A stretch of 64,000 nucleotides of DNA from an uncultured cyanobacterium (GTDB lineage: Bacteria > Cyanobacteriota > Cyanobacteriia > Phormidesmidales > Phormidesmidaceae): contig CAWBZI010000002.1 of NCBI GenBank assembly GCA_963793265.1, positions 704,001 through 768,000 of the forward strand, in the 5' to 3' direction. The notes beneath the pieces were generated by a model. It was not told the DNA's origin. It saw nothing but the letters and a program-made list of their open reading frames with translations, and ran no database searches. Each line of letters begins with the position of its first letter. Position 1 is the first letter of the stretch. The translations under genes and the position numbers were made by a program. This document shows, piece by piece, positions 1 to 9,193 of this stretch.

Positions 1-2
1 TC

Positions 3-1376
3 CTAAAAGAACAAATACCGCTTCAGCGTGTATAAAAAATGAAGCCCCGGCACCCGAATCAGCCGCAGACTCCCCGCATTCCACGACGCAGACTGAAACA
101 TCCCCTTAGCCGCCTTCAAATTCCCCGACTTTAGCTGCGCCCAAAGCTCATCCGGCTTCAGCGCCAGCCCTCGCACCGTATCCTCGCCCATATCTTCGGC
201 GTGCTGCCCTAGCCGATGGGCCACCTGATACGCCTCTTGATAGGTTGGAAAGGCAATATGGCGCGTAATTAGCCCTTGCACAAAAGGCTTGCCCGTCACC
301 GCCTCAAAAGATTGTTCTTTCATCCTCCGCGCATACTTGTAGGCAAAGTCTAAAGCGCCCTGCTGCATCACCGCAATTGAAGCATTAGCCCCCACTTCTT
401 CCTGACGAGAAAGCGTATTGTCAGACTTAAAAACAGGTCGAACTCTGCCGGTTTCATCGCGCTCATAGCCTCTCGTCGATGCATGGGGAGCCCCTGCCCC
501 TTTCTCGAACATCTCAATACAGCCATTCGCGCTTTCTCCGTTGATATTGCGATCGCGATGATCAAAAATAAGCCCGTTAGAAAACGACCCTGAATACTTC
601 AAAAACGTCTTAAACTCACGACGGCCAAAATAAAGCCCGTGCAGCAGCGGAAACTCAGGCAGATGGTTATAGGCTCTCACCAAGCTATCTTGAATCGTCC
701 CGTCCCACCCGATATCAACCAGCGCCACCTTACGCCCCTCGCCCCAAAAACCGCACTGACCCAGGTAGTCGTACAGATCGCGATGTACCCTTTGGTGATG
801 CGCTCTAAACGCTGACTGCACATCATCATCATTCAAAAACGCCAGTAGCTTTTGGTCGTTCCAATACTCCAATATTGGCTGCTTCATATCGATGCCAAAG
901 GCTTCAGCATGGGGCTCAAAAGCCTCTACCGGCAAACCGGCAAACTTCAGCGCACTCCACAGTCCTTGCTGCCAGGGCTTATCGGTAGAAAGAACAATCT
1001 CGCGCGTTGTGAGCTGAGGGGAAGATGCTAAAAACGTAGACACCCGCGACATGTAGGCATATGAGGTCGTTGCCTCAATGCCAACTGGCATAGAGCCCTT
1101 TAAGATCTCGTATATTTTCTCGAATAAGTAGCCTTCGCGAGCAACAAACAATACATGGTCAATGCCGCATCGATGAATGCGCTCTAAAACTTGGTGAATA
1201 TAAACGCTGTAGGCCATGCCAAGGAATTCGTAGCCATAGGCATAGAGCACGTCTGAACGTTCTAAAATGTCCTGATGCTCAGCAACGCACTGCTCGTACA
1301 AAGCCGCACCCTGCCAAAATTGAGAGGGCTCAGCTTGGGTGCTAAGCAGCTTCGAGGCCATAAGGGTCATAAGCAT
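3..1376 (-). CDS. Glycan phosphoribosyltransferase-like protein (C-terminal half of HAD-hydrolase polysaccharide proteins; no HAD domain)
   Basis: 457 aa ORF with FVAREGY and PRTase-like VDIGWDGTIQ motifs; no N-terminal DxxDT HAD motif. Confidence 0.6.
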   Translation of the reverse strand: MLMTLMASKLLSTQAEPSQFWQGAALYEQCVAEHQDILERSDVLYAYGYEFLGMAYSVYIHQVLERIHRCGIDHVLFVAREGYLFEKIYEILKGSMPVGIEATTSYAYMSRVSTFLASSPQLTTREIVLSTDKPWQQGLWSALKFAGLPVEAFEPHAEAFGIDMKQPILEYWNDQKLLAFLNDDDVQSAFRAHHQRVHRDLYDYLGQCGFWGEGRKVALVDIGWDGTIQDSLVRAYNHLPEFPLLHGLYFGRREFKTFLKYSGSFSNGLIFDHRDRNINGESANGCIEMFEKGAGAPHASTRGYERDETGRVRPVFKSDNTLSRQEEVGANASIAVMQQGALDFAYKYARRMKEQSFEAVTGKPFVQGLITRHIAFPTYQEAYQVAHRLGQHAEDMGEDTVRGLALKPDELWAQLKSGNLKAAKGMFQSASWNAGSLRLIRVPGLHFLYTLKRYLFF

Positions 1377-1444
1377 AGGCAGTGTATAAAACAGCTCAGT
1401 GCTTTATCTATTCACAAACTTTCTACACAGACCGGATTAAAACG

Positions 1445-2149
1445 TCAGGATAATTCGGCGGAAATCGCCCACTTCACGGCGGCAGCAGCATGAATCTCGG
1501 TGGTATCAAATAAAGGAACCGGGCTGTCTTCAGGCTTTACCAGCAGCCCGATTTCTGTACAGCCTAAGATGATGGCCTCTGCCCCAGAGTTGACTAAGTT
1601 TTGAATGATGATGCGATAGCGATCGCGCGACCCCTGCCGAATATCTCCCAGGCAAAGCTCATCATAAATAACGTCGTGCACCAAATCACGCTCTTCCCCA
1701 TTCGGCACCTGCACTGCCAAATCGTGCTGGTAAATTAGCCGGTCTTTGTAAAAAGACTCTTCCATCGTGAACCGAGTGCCGAGCAAGCCAATGCGACTCA
1801 CGCCCTTTTGCTTAACCGCCTCAGCGGTGGCATCGGCAATGTGGATGAGTGGAATCGTAGTAGAAAGCGTAATCGTATCAGCCACCTTATGAATGGTATT
1901 AGTCGCTAGCACGATGCACTCAGCCCCACCCTTCTCTAACCCAGCAGCAGCGGCACCTAAAATCCGCCCAATTTTAGACCAGTCGCCTCTATGCTTAAGC
2001 GCTACTATCTCTTCAAAATCGACCGAATACATCAGAATTTTGGCAGAGTGCAGCCCGCCCAGCTCCGCCTTTACCATTTGATTGAGCAAACGGTAGTACT
2101 CAGCCGTCGATTCCCAGCTCATACCGCCCAGCAGTCCAATTGTCTTCAT
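1445..2149 (-). CDS. Aspartate/glutamate racemase family protein (RacX/YgeA-like)
   Basis: MKTIGLLGGMSWEST start, ATNT and ILGCTE catalytic motifs. Confidence 0.92.
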   Translation of the reverse strand: MKTIGLLGGMSWESTAEYYRLLNQMVKAELGGLHSAKILMYSVDFEEIVALKHRGDWSKIGRILGAAAAGLEKGGAECIVLATNTIHKVADTITLSTTIPLIHIADATAEAVKQKGVSRIGLLGTRFTMEESFYKDRLIYQHDLAVQVPNGEERDLVHDVIYDELCLGDIRQGSRDRYRIIIQNLVNSGAEAIILGCTEIGLLVKPEDSPVPLFDTTEIHAAAAVKWAISAELS

Positions 2150-2173
2150 AGAAAATCCCAGCCCTATAGAGCA

Positions 2174-2458
2174 TCAAGCTTTGCTTTGAAACTTATCTTG
2201 CAGCTTTTGGTACCACAGCGCGTTTCCGGCAACCGTTAGCACGAGCGCAACGCCACCACCGATTACCGCCATTCTCGGGTTATAGCCACTTCTGCCGAGC
2301 GTTTCTATCCAGGTCGCGGTTAGATCAGAAGGATTGAAGGTGTTGGCAGCAGCAGGTACTAAATAGATCAGCGCTGCGCCGACAATGAGCCAGCCCGCCA
2401 TTGAGGAGAGTAAAAAGATAGCTTTTGCTTGGGATAGACCTTTAGAGGGGGCAGCCAT
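2174..2458 (-). CDS. Small hypothetical membrane protein
   Basis: 94 aa, two hydrophobic segments, co-oriented with neighbours. Confidence 0.7.
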   Translation of the reverse strand: MAAPSKGLSQAKAIFLLSSMAGWLIVGAALIYLVPAAANTFNPSDLTATWIETLGRSGYNPRMAVIGGGVALVLTVAGNALWYQKLQDKFQSKA

Positions 2459-2519
2459 AGGAATTTATTAAGGTTGAGATTTGAAGCAATTGCTATTTAA
2501 AGTACCACGGCAAAATTGC

Positions 2520-3047
2520 TTATAGCGTGACAATGAAGCTATCGGGATGGTGGAAGTCGGCCTTAGTTGTTGGATGTGCGATCGCCCAAAAACTCTCTTC
2601 ACCGCCTGTAATAACCACCGCACTCACGCCCAGCCGCACAAGCTTCGAGATATCCACTAGCTCGCTTACATCAACCGATATCTTCAACCGCAGATCGTCT
2701 GCCGAAGATTGCACTGTGAAAGGCAGCTTAGAGAAAGCCGTTTCTTCTTTTAATCCCTGTCGGTAGCCCGAGAGCGCAAACACATTCCAATCACCCGATG
2801 GGGATAAGTTGAACTCCCAGTAAGGCGAGGTGTCTTGAGTCAAAAAGAACTCAAAGCAGGTTTGCTCCCAAAGGCGATCGCGTCTTTGTTTTGTGGCACT
2901 AGGCGGTTCAACAGTGGCCTCTGTTAAGTCGCCCGAGAGCATATAGACCAGAGATAGGAGATTGTGTGATCGCTCTACTGATACCTGAAGGGATAGTTCG
3001 GTGGTGCGATCACTCCTCTCAAACGGCTGCAAAACAAACTCTTTCAT
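2520..3047 (-). CDS. DOMON-like domain protein
   Basis: LWEQTCFEFF, YWEFNLSPSGDWN and ADFH motifs; start overlaps stop of upstream phosphotransferase. Confidence 0.85.
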   Translation of the reverse strand: MKEFVLQPFERSDRTTELSLQVSVERSHNLLSLVYMLSGDLTEATVEPPSATKQRRDRLWEQTCFEFFLTQDTSPYWEFNLSPSGDWNVFALSGYRQGLKEETAFSKLPFTVQSSADDLRLKISVDVSELVDISKLVRLGVSAVVITGGEESFWAIAHPTTKADFHHPDSFIVTL

Positions 3048-4156
3048 CGCAGCCCTTTAATAATGGCCTGAAGCACCTCGGCCTGCTGCTCAATACTTTC
3101 CGTCAGCTTGAACTGCACCAGCGCCCGGCTCAAATTGTGTGTTGGATGCTTCACCTTAAAGTAAACATCACCCGCCAGATAGTCTGTAAAAAACCGCAGC
3201 CCCAGCTCAAACGCAATCAACCGAATCGCGTCATATAAGTAGTCGTAGTCTTTCTCAGTCAAAAAATCACTGGCCAAAGACAAATACCCTTGTAGCATGG
3301 CCCGCGCCAAATCCACATCAAAAACAACCTGCGCCCAGTCCTCCGTTTCCTCACCCAGCGGGTTACACCCCGAGCGCAAGCAGTCGCCAATATCGTAGTG
3401 AACTAGCCCCGGCTTTAGCGTGTCTAAGTCAATCAAACTCACCGCCTCACCGTTCGCGCCCATCATAATGTTGTTCACCTTCGGATCGCCGTGAATAGGC
3501 CGAAGCTGCAAATCACCGGCTGCCTTTGCGTTTTCGAGCACGTGAGCCCATTCCTTACGCGCTTCTACAAATGCCAAACAAAAGCTTGCCTGCTCGTTTT
3601 GAAGCCCATCTTCAACGTTCATCCCTTGCCGCACTCGCTCGTACTCAGCGATATAGGTCGGCGTAATGTGAAAGCCCGGCAGCGTATCGGCAAGCTTTTC
3701 AGCAGGCAGCGTACTAATAGAGCTGTGGAACATCGCTAAGCCGTAGCCTACTTCCTTAGCGTGGGCGATACTTTCGACCGTATCAAATACGTGAGAGTCT
3801 TCAATAAAGCTAATCGCTCGCCAGTATCCGCCCGCGTTATCTACCCAGAAGTTTCTGCCCTGCTGCGTCGGTAAAATCTGCGGCGTTTCCCATCGCCGGG
3901 ACGACTGAGCTTTTGATGATTGCAGATGCTCGCTTAGCACCGCCATGTTTTGAATGACTAGCTCCGGCTGAAGAAATACCTGCGTATTGATCTTTTGAAG
4001 CACAAACCGCTCGGCTGAGCTGCCGGTGGGCGAAAGTGTTACTAAAAAAGTGCTGTTGATGTTGCCGTTGCCGAGGGGATCAACTGCTCTAATGATGTTT
4101 TGGTTGGCGAAGTTTTGTGCGATCGCCCACAGCTCAGAATCCGAATTAACTCCCAT
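3044..4156 (-). CDS. APH-family phosphotransferase (N-acetylhexosamine kinase-like)
   Basis: LGNGNINSTF loop, FVLQKIN, IHGDPKVNN and IDLDT motifs. Confidence 0.88.
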   Translation of the reverse strand: MGVNSDSELWAIAQNFANQNIIRAVDPLGNGNINSTFLVTLSPTGSSAERFVLQKINTQVFLQPELVIQNMAVLSEHLQSSKAQSSRRWETPQILPTQQGRNFWVDNAGGYWRAISFIEDSHVFDTVESIAHAKEVGYGLAMFHSSISTLPAEKLADTLPGFHITPTYIAEYERVRQGMNVEDGLQNEQASFCLAFVEARKEWAHVLENAKAAGDLQLRPIHGDPKVNNIMMGANGEAVSLIDLDTLKPGLVHYDIGDCLRSGCNPLGEETEDWAQVVFDVDLARAMLQGYLSLASDFLTEKDYDYLYDAIRLIAFELGLRFFTDYLAGDVYFKVKHPTHNLSRALVQFKLTESIEQQAEVLQAIIKGLR

Positions 4157-4177
4157 ATTTGCTCTCTTATCTGGCCT

Positions 4178-4999
4178 CTACAGCGAACTCGAATTCAAAC
4201 TTTCAGCCTCTTCCGGCGTCTGCGGAATATGAATACCACATTCCTGCTTGAGCCCATTAAACCGAGTCGCCCGCCCGTCCTTATCATCTGCGCTCAGCGG
4301 CCTGCTAGAGTGTGCATCGCCCACGCTCACATAGCCCTCAGTCCACAGCGGATGATACGGCAGATCGTTCGCCTTCAGGTACATGTACACGTCCCGAGAA
4401 GACCAGTTCAGAATTGGCAGTAGCTTGTAGCGATCGCCCTGCGTCTCAATCCGATTCAGCGTCTTCCGATGGTCAGTTTGCTTAGCCCTCAGCCCCGTCA
4501 GCCAGGCCGTCGCCTTCAGCTCATCTAAGGCTCGCTGCATCGGCTCCACCTTACGAATGCGATCGTACTGATTAAACGCCTCCACCGTGCCCTTCTCCCA
4601 CAGCCGCCCATACAGCGCCTCCATCCGCGCCGGACTCATTGGCGACTGATACACCTTAATATTCAGCGACAAACGCTTAATTAGCTTTTCAGCGAAGCGA
4701 TAGGTTTCAACCGGCAGATACCCCGTATCCACCCAAATCACGGGCACATCCGGCACCACGCTCGTCACCAGCCCCAGCATCACCGCCGACTGAATGCCAA
4801 AGCTCGTGCTCATCACCATCCCTTTCCCAAAGGTTTTATCCCCCCACTCAATCAGCTCAAGCGCCTCGGCCTGGTCAAATTTTTGATTAAGTGAGGTTAG
4901 ATCGAGCTGATTGACACGCTGGTTCTGTGGTTTTCTGGTTTCTTTAAGACGTGGTGATGCGCTGGTCATAGGGAAAAGTCCCGCTCCCATCTGTATCAT
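4178..4999 (-). CDS. cysH: Phosphoadenylyl-sulfate (PAPS) reductase
   Basis: STSFG, VDTGY, WLTGLR and C-terminal ECGIH motifs; likely start ATG at 4969. Confidence 0.95.
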   Translation of the reverse strand: MIQMGAGLFPMTSASPRLKETRKPQNQRVNQLDLTSLNQKFDQAEALELIEWGDKTFGKGMVMSTSFGIQSAVMLGLVTSVVPDVPVIWVDTGYLPVETYRFAEKLIKRLSLNIKVYQSPMSPARMEALYGRLWEKGTVEAFNQYDRIRKVEPMQRALDELKATAWLTGLRAKQTDHRKTLNRIETQGDRYKLLPILNWSSRDVYMYLKANDLPYHPLWTEGYVSVGDAHSSRPLSADDKDGRATRFNGLKQECGIHIPQTPEEAESLNSSSL

Positions 5000-5052
5000 T
5001 TAGGCTGCAAACATATAGCTTCCCATGTTCGGCTAAGTAAGTGAAGATGCCA

Positions 5053-5469
5053 TCACTCCATATCCACATTCTTTCGGGTTGCTTTTAGCTGCGATCGCTT
5101 CTTCTTACCCTCTAACCGCCGCCGCTTAGATCCCTTCGTCGGCTTTGTCGGCTTTCGCCTTTTTGGCCGCGCCGCTGCGGCCTTCACCATCTCCTGCAAC
5201 CGGCTCAGCGCCTCCTCCCGATTTCGCGCCTGAGAGCGATGCTCCTGCGCCTTAATCACAATCACCCCATCTTTCGTCAGCCTTTTATCACGCGAAGCTA
5301 ACAGCCGCCGCTTGTAATAGTCAGGCAGCGACGACGCCTCCACATCAAATCGCAAGTGAATTGCAGTCTCCACTTTATTCACGTTCTGCCCACCCGAGCC
5401 ACCCGAACGCATTGCATTCATTTCGATCTCACTATCTGGGATCGAAACCATACCTGAGATTTTTAGCAT
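5053..5469 (-). CDS. arfB: Alternative ribosome rescue peptidyl-tRNA hydrolase
   Basis: GGQNVNKV motif and basic C-terminal tail RKPTKPTKGSKRRRL. Confidence 0.95.
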   Translation of the reverse strand: MLKISGMVSIPDSEIEMNAMRSGGSGGQNVNKVETAIHLRFDVEASSLPDYYKRRLLASRDKRLTKDGVIVIKAQEHRSQARNREEALSRLQEMVKAAAARPKRRKPTKPTKGSKRRRLEGKKKRSQLKATRKNVDME

Positions 5470-5542
5470 CGAAAAAAGGCCACAGTCATCACATTTAGGC
5501 TAACAGGCTTAAGATAGAGCAATTCAGTCAAGATTCAACTTT

Positions 5543-6100
5543 ATGATTGCTGCTTTTCAACCACAGCAAATGACCGTCGAAGAATATTTGGCGTGGGAGC
5601 CCCTGCAAGAGCTTCGCTACGAGTATTGCGATGGTCAGGTTTTTGTAATGGCGGGCGGCACAAAAACCCACGATAAGCTTTCATTTAACTTAAGGCGATT
5701 GCTTGCAGATCGCGTTGAAGAAAAAGACTGCGATATGACCGGCTCCGACGTGAAAGTGCTGGTTGAAGAAGGAGACACCTATCGGTATCCTGATCTTGCG
5801 ATAAGCTGCGATGAGCGTGACAAACGCAACGATACTTTCTATGAGTTTCCGGTGCTCATCGTAGAAGTTCTTTCGCCAGGAACAGAGAGTAAAGATCGAA
5901 TAGAAAAATTCAAAGAGTACATTCAAATTTCAACGCTACAGGAGTACGTATTCATCAGCACTAACGAGGTTAAGGCGGAGTGCTACCGACGCGGCGAAGG
6001 CCGGATGTGGCTGTACTTTCAGTATTACGCTGATGAAATAGTTGAGCTTGAAAGCGTAGGCGCTAAGGTACCTGTCGAGCTGATTTACCGAAATATTTAG
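5543..6100 (+). CDS. Uma2 family endonuclease
   Basis: MTVEEYL, YEYCDG, YPD, IVEVLSPGT and EY motifs. Confidence 0.92.
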   Translation: MIAAFQPQQMTVEEYLAWEPLQELRYEYCDGQVFVMAGGTKTHDKLSFNLRRLLADRVEEKDCDMTGSDVKVLVEEGDTYRYPDLAISCDERDKRNDTFYEFPVLIVEVLSPGTESKDRIEKFKEYIQISTLQEYVFISTNEVKAECYRRGEGRMWLYFQYYADEIVELESVGAKVPVELIYRNI

Positions 6101-6127
6101 AGGCCCTTATTTAATAGATCAAAGCTT

Positions 6128-6745
6128 ATGGAAGAAATAGAAAAGCAAAAGAGTTCTGCTAGGCAGCGCGCAGATGAGATAAAAGAGTACAGGTGCAAGA
6201 ATTTAATCGCTGTGATTGAAGAGCCGCGTGATATTAAGAACATTGGCACCATCATAAGGAACGTGAACGCTCTAGGCGTAGAAAAGGCTTACGTTATAGA
6301 CCCGAAGAAAGCGTTACCCGACGATTGGCAAGAGATGAGAGAGCAGCGATCGCTCTCAAAGACTTCCGTATCTGCAATCAAGTGGAGCTTTGTCAAAAGA
6401 TTCGATAGCACCAAAGAGTGCATTGACCATCTAGAACAGAACGGCTTTGTATCTATCGTGACTTCGCCACACGTAAAGGGCGCTAAAAACGCTGTTTTAG
6501 ACGAAGCCGACTACACTACTTACACTAAGTTAGCCGTATGGTTTGGCAATGAAGCTAGAGGCATCAGCGATCTTGCTGTAGAGCACAGCGATATGTGCGT
6601 AAGCATTCCTATGTTTGGCATGATTGAGAGTCTCAATTTAGGCACCACATCAGGAATAGTCTTGTACGAAGTGACAAAGCAGCGCCGTGAGTATCAGCGT
6701 AAGTATCAGTGGAGAAATAACAGAGGATTGAAAGTTGATGTCTGA
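6128..6745 (+). CDS. TrmH/SpoU family RNA methyltransferase
   Basis: NIGTIIRN, FGNEARGIS and IPMFGMIESLNL SPOUT motifs. Confidence 0.9.
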   Translation: MEEIEKQKSSARQRADEIKEYRCKNLIAVIEEPRDIKNIGTIIRNVNALGVEKAYVIDPKKALPDDWQEMREQRSLSKTSVSAIKWSFVKRFDSTKECIDHLEQNGFVSIVTSPHVKGAKNAVLDEADYTTYTKLAVWFGNEARGISDLAVEHSDMCVSIPMFGMIESLNLGTTSGIVLYEVTKQRREYQRKYQWRNNRGLKVDV

Positions 6746-6865
6746 CCGACTGGTACATGGGGTCACTTCTTATGGCACTCAATTATGCCAGGGAGCAAGT
6801 TTATCGGGCGCTCAATGCCGTATACGATGTCAGAACTGTCTGCGCTAGAAACGATATTGATTTAG

Positions 6866-7168
6866 ATGCACGTTTGCCCGTCCGCAGACGTACTAGAACC
6901 TGAAGACATCTGTCTTATCATGATTCAACCTGGCAGCATAGTAAGATTCGCAAGAATGCCCAAGTGGGTTGTCAAGCTCCCCGACGAGAGCCGTTGCGTT
7001 TTTGAGTTTTGCTTCGGACGCACGTATCGCATTGAGGCGATTGACGAACAAGGTTTGTTTGTACTTGACGTGAGTGCTGATGTTGATGAGCGCTTCGGAG
7101 GTTTCATGAATGACATCTGGTTAGAGGCAGAGTTTCTGGATGTATTGGATGAGTACACTGCGAGCTAA
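6866..7168 (+). CDS. Hypothetical protein
   Basis: 100 aa ORF; plausible start ATG at 6920 (MIQPGSIVRF); no family recognised. Confidence 0.55.
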   Translation: MHVCPSADVLEPEDICLIMIQPGSIVRFARMPKWVVKLPDESRCVFEFCFGRTYRIEAIDEQGLFVLDVSADVDERFGGFMNDIWLEAEFLDVLDEYTAS

Positions 7169-7314
7169 TCACTTGAGCTGCAACGAACCCAATGATCGCG
7201 TCGTGGGTTTGCTTCACCATCCTGTGATCTAGATTGGGATAGCTTTGAATTTTCGCAGAGCAGCTATGTGCCTGCTATTATTGCGATAGCTCCTTATAGC
7301 TTTAATAAGCACCT

Positions 7315-7644
7315 ATGTCTTTAGCCATCGCCCTCGAACCTACACCTATAGCAACAGATACTGATGGCGTTGTTCGAGTAGCCAAAACTCGGGTGACTTT
7401 AGATACTGTTGTATCTGCTTTTCTTGAGGGCTGTACGCCTGAGGAAATAGGTGAACAGTATCCATCTCTACAGCTTTCAGATGTCTACTGGGTCATTGGT
7501 TACTATCTCAGGCACCGAAATGAAGTGAATGCCTACATAGCAGATCGTCAAAGGCAAGCAGATGAGATTCGGCGCGAGACAGAGCAGCAATTTAATCCAA
7601 TAGGTTTACGCGATCGCCTACTTGCGAGACAAGATCAAGCATAG
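7315..7644 (+). CDS. DUF433 domain protein (putative antitoxin)
   Basis: VRVAKTRVTLDTVV..G.TPEEI..QYPSL.LSDVY..IGYYL pattern. Confidence 0.9.
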   Translation: MSLAIALEPTPIATDTDGVVRVAKTRVTLDTVVSAFLEGCTPEEIGEQYPSLQLSDVYWVIGYYLRHRNEVNAYIADRQRQADEIRRETEQQFNPIGLRDRLLARQDQA

Positions 7645-7721
7645 AGGAAGTCGTTCTAATTGATAAGTGCAGCTTTGACGAAGAATGGGAGGGTCAAGTC
7701 AGATTTCTTCCCTTACGATAG
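7641..7721 (+). pseudogene. C-terminal remnant of DUF5615 PIN-like toxin
   Basis: Translates IEEVVLIDKCSFDEEWEGQVRFLPLR*, resembling DUF5615 C-termini; no start codon or N-terminal part. Confidence 0.65.
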
Positions 7722-7819
7722 AAAAGTAGCTAACGCTCATCAGATAGAACAACAAGGCTGTCGTTGCTAATTGGTTGTCGTATCTTTAGGGAAGAGACAG
7801 TGGCACAGGTTCGGCACAG

Positions 7820-9004
7820 TTAAGCAGCCTTGCTAAGCTTCTCGAATTCCTGCCAGCACAGGTACATTGCACGTGGTACGTGAAAGCAGCCTTTCCATTT
7901 ACCACCTTTTAGAGGCAGTAGCACCTCTCCTCGACGGTTGAGATAGCCGTACCACTCACCATGTTCAGCATCCGAAAAGTGCTTCCATGTATAGTCATGC
8001 ACCTTTTGATACCAGACCCAGCAATCTTCTCGTCCGGTGAGTCGGTAGGACATGGCTAAGGCCACCAGCGTTTCTAAGTGCACCCACCACAGCTTTTGAT
8101 CCCATTCTAGCTGTTGCGGCGGCTGGCCTTGCACGTCTATAAAGTAAAAGAGGCCGCCGTATTGCTCATCCCAGGCGAATTTGAGAATGTTGAGCATTAC
8201 ATCGGTGGCGCGGTTGCTGAGGGCGGTGTTGTTTTGTCGCTCAGCTATGGCCATCATGAACCACATCGCCTCGATGCCATGCCCAGGATTAATCAGTCGT
8301 CCTTCGTAGCAGTCAACCAGCTTACCTTTTGGCCCTACGTGCTCATACATTAGGCCACCGTGCAAAAAGTCTTCCATCACTTCTCGCACGGTCGTATTAA
8401 GCACCGCATCTAGCTGATCGTCTGCTAAGAGCCAGTCCATTTCGAGCGATAGATTAGCGAGAATCATCGGTACGGCTAAAGACTTTAGCTGCCGCGTACC
8501 CGGATAAGCTTTGTTGTACTTTCCCTTCGGATTATCCTGGCGGCGCAACACATTATGATAAGCCTGCAATGCAATCTCTTTAGCAGAGGTTTTGGCCTGC
8601 TCATCGTCAGCCGCTAGGGCGTATTGACTAAACGCCATCGCTGCAAAGCAATCTGAAAAAATATTGTAAGGCTGTGTCAATGGCTGGCCCGTTCGATTTA
8701 GCGAGAAGTACCAGTTACCTGTGTCATCGCGTCCGTGCTGCGCTAAGAAGTCTGCTCCGTGCTTAGCGATCGCTAGCCAGCTTGCTTTGGGCTCTAACTG
8801 ATTACACAGCGTAGAAAACATCCACACCTGACGATTTTGTAGCCAAATAAACTTGTCTGTGTCGTACACATTGCCGCTGCGATCCAGGCAGGTGAAGTAG
8901 CCACCGTAGTCACGATCGATTGAATGCTTTTCCCAAAAGGGAATCACGTTTTCTAGCAGCGTCGTTTTGTACAGGGCAGATAGATCGGCAAAATCGAAAG
9001 TCAT
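7820..9004 (-). CDS. N-acylglucosamine 2-epimerase (AGE family)
   Basis: [36 protein letters not shown] and KGCFHVPR motifs. Confidence 0.95.
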   Translation of the reverse strand: MTFDFADLSALYKTTLLENVIPFWEKHSIDRDYGGYFTCLDRSGNVYDTDKFIWLQNRQVWMFSTLCNQLEPKASWLAIAKHGADFLAQHGRDDTGNWYFSLNRTGQPLTQPYNIFSDCFAAMAFSQYALAADDEQAKTSAKEIALQAYHNVLRRQDNPKGKYNKAYPGTRQLKSLAVPMILANLSLEMDWLLADDQLDAVLNTTVREVMEDFLHGGLMYEHVGPKGKLVDCYEGRLINPGHGIEAMWFMMAIAERQNNTALSNRATDVMLNILKFAWDEQYGGLFYFIDVQGQPPQQLEWDQKLWWVHLETLVALAMSYRLTGREDCWVWYQKVHDYTWKHFSDAEHGEWYGYLNRRGEVLLPLKGGKWKGCFHVPRAMYLCWQEFEKLSKAA

Positions 9005-9193
9005 TCGAGGGCTTCGTTAATAGGAACACCACTCTTAAGTATTCGCTACCGCCTGACTCAAGACAAGCCAAAAACAAGTTTATTTGTTGGGTTGAACGGG
9101 GCACCTTAGCGCTACAGCGAGGCTTTGGTAGATGATCGCTGGATTATTGCCCGGAGGGGCCAGCTCAGTTCTTGTAGATAGGTATAAGGAAAA

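Noticed and set aside
7169..7260. Minus-strand peptide AKIQSYPNLDHRM, possibly a hydrolase C-terminal remnant
   Set aside because: Too short to support without a search
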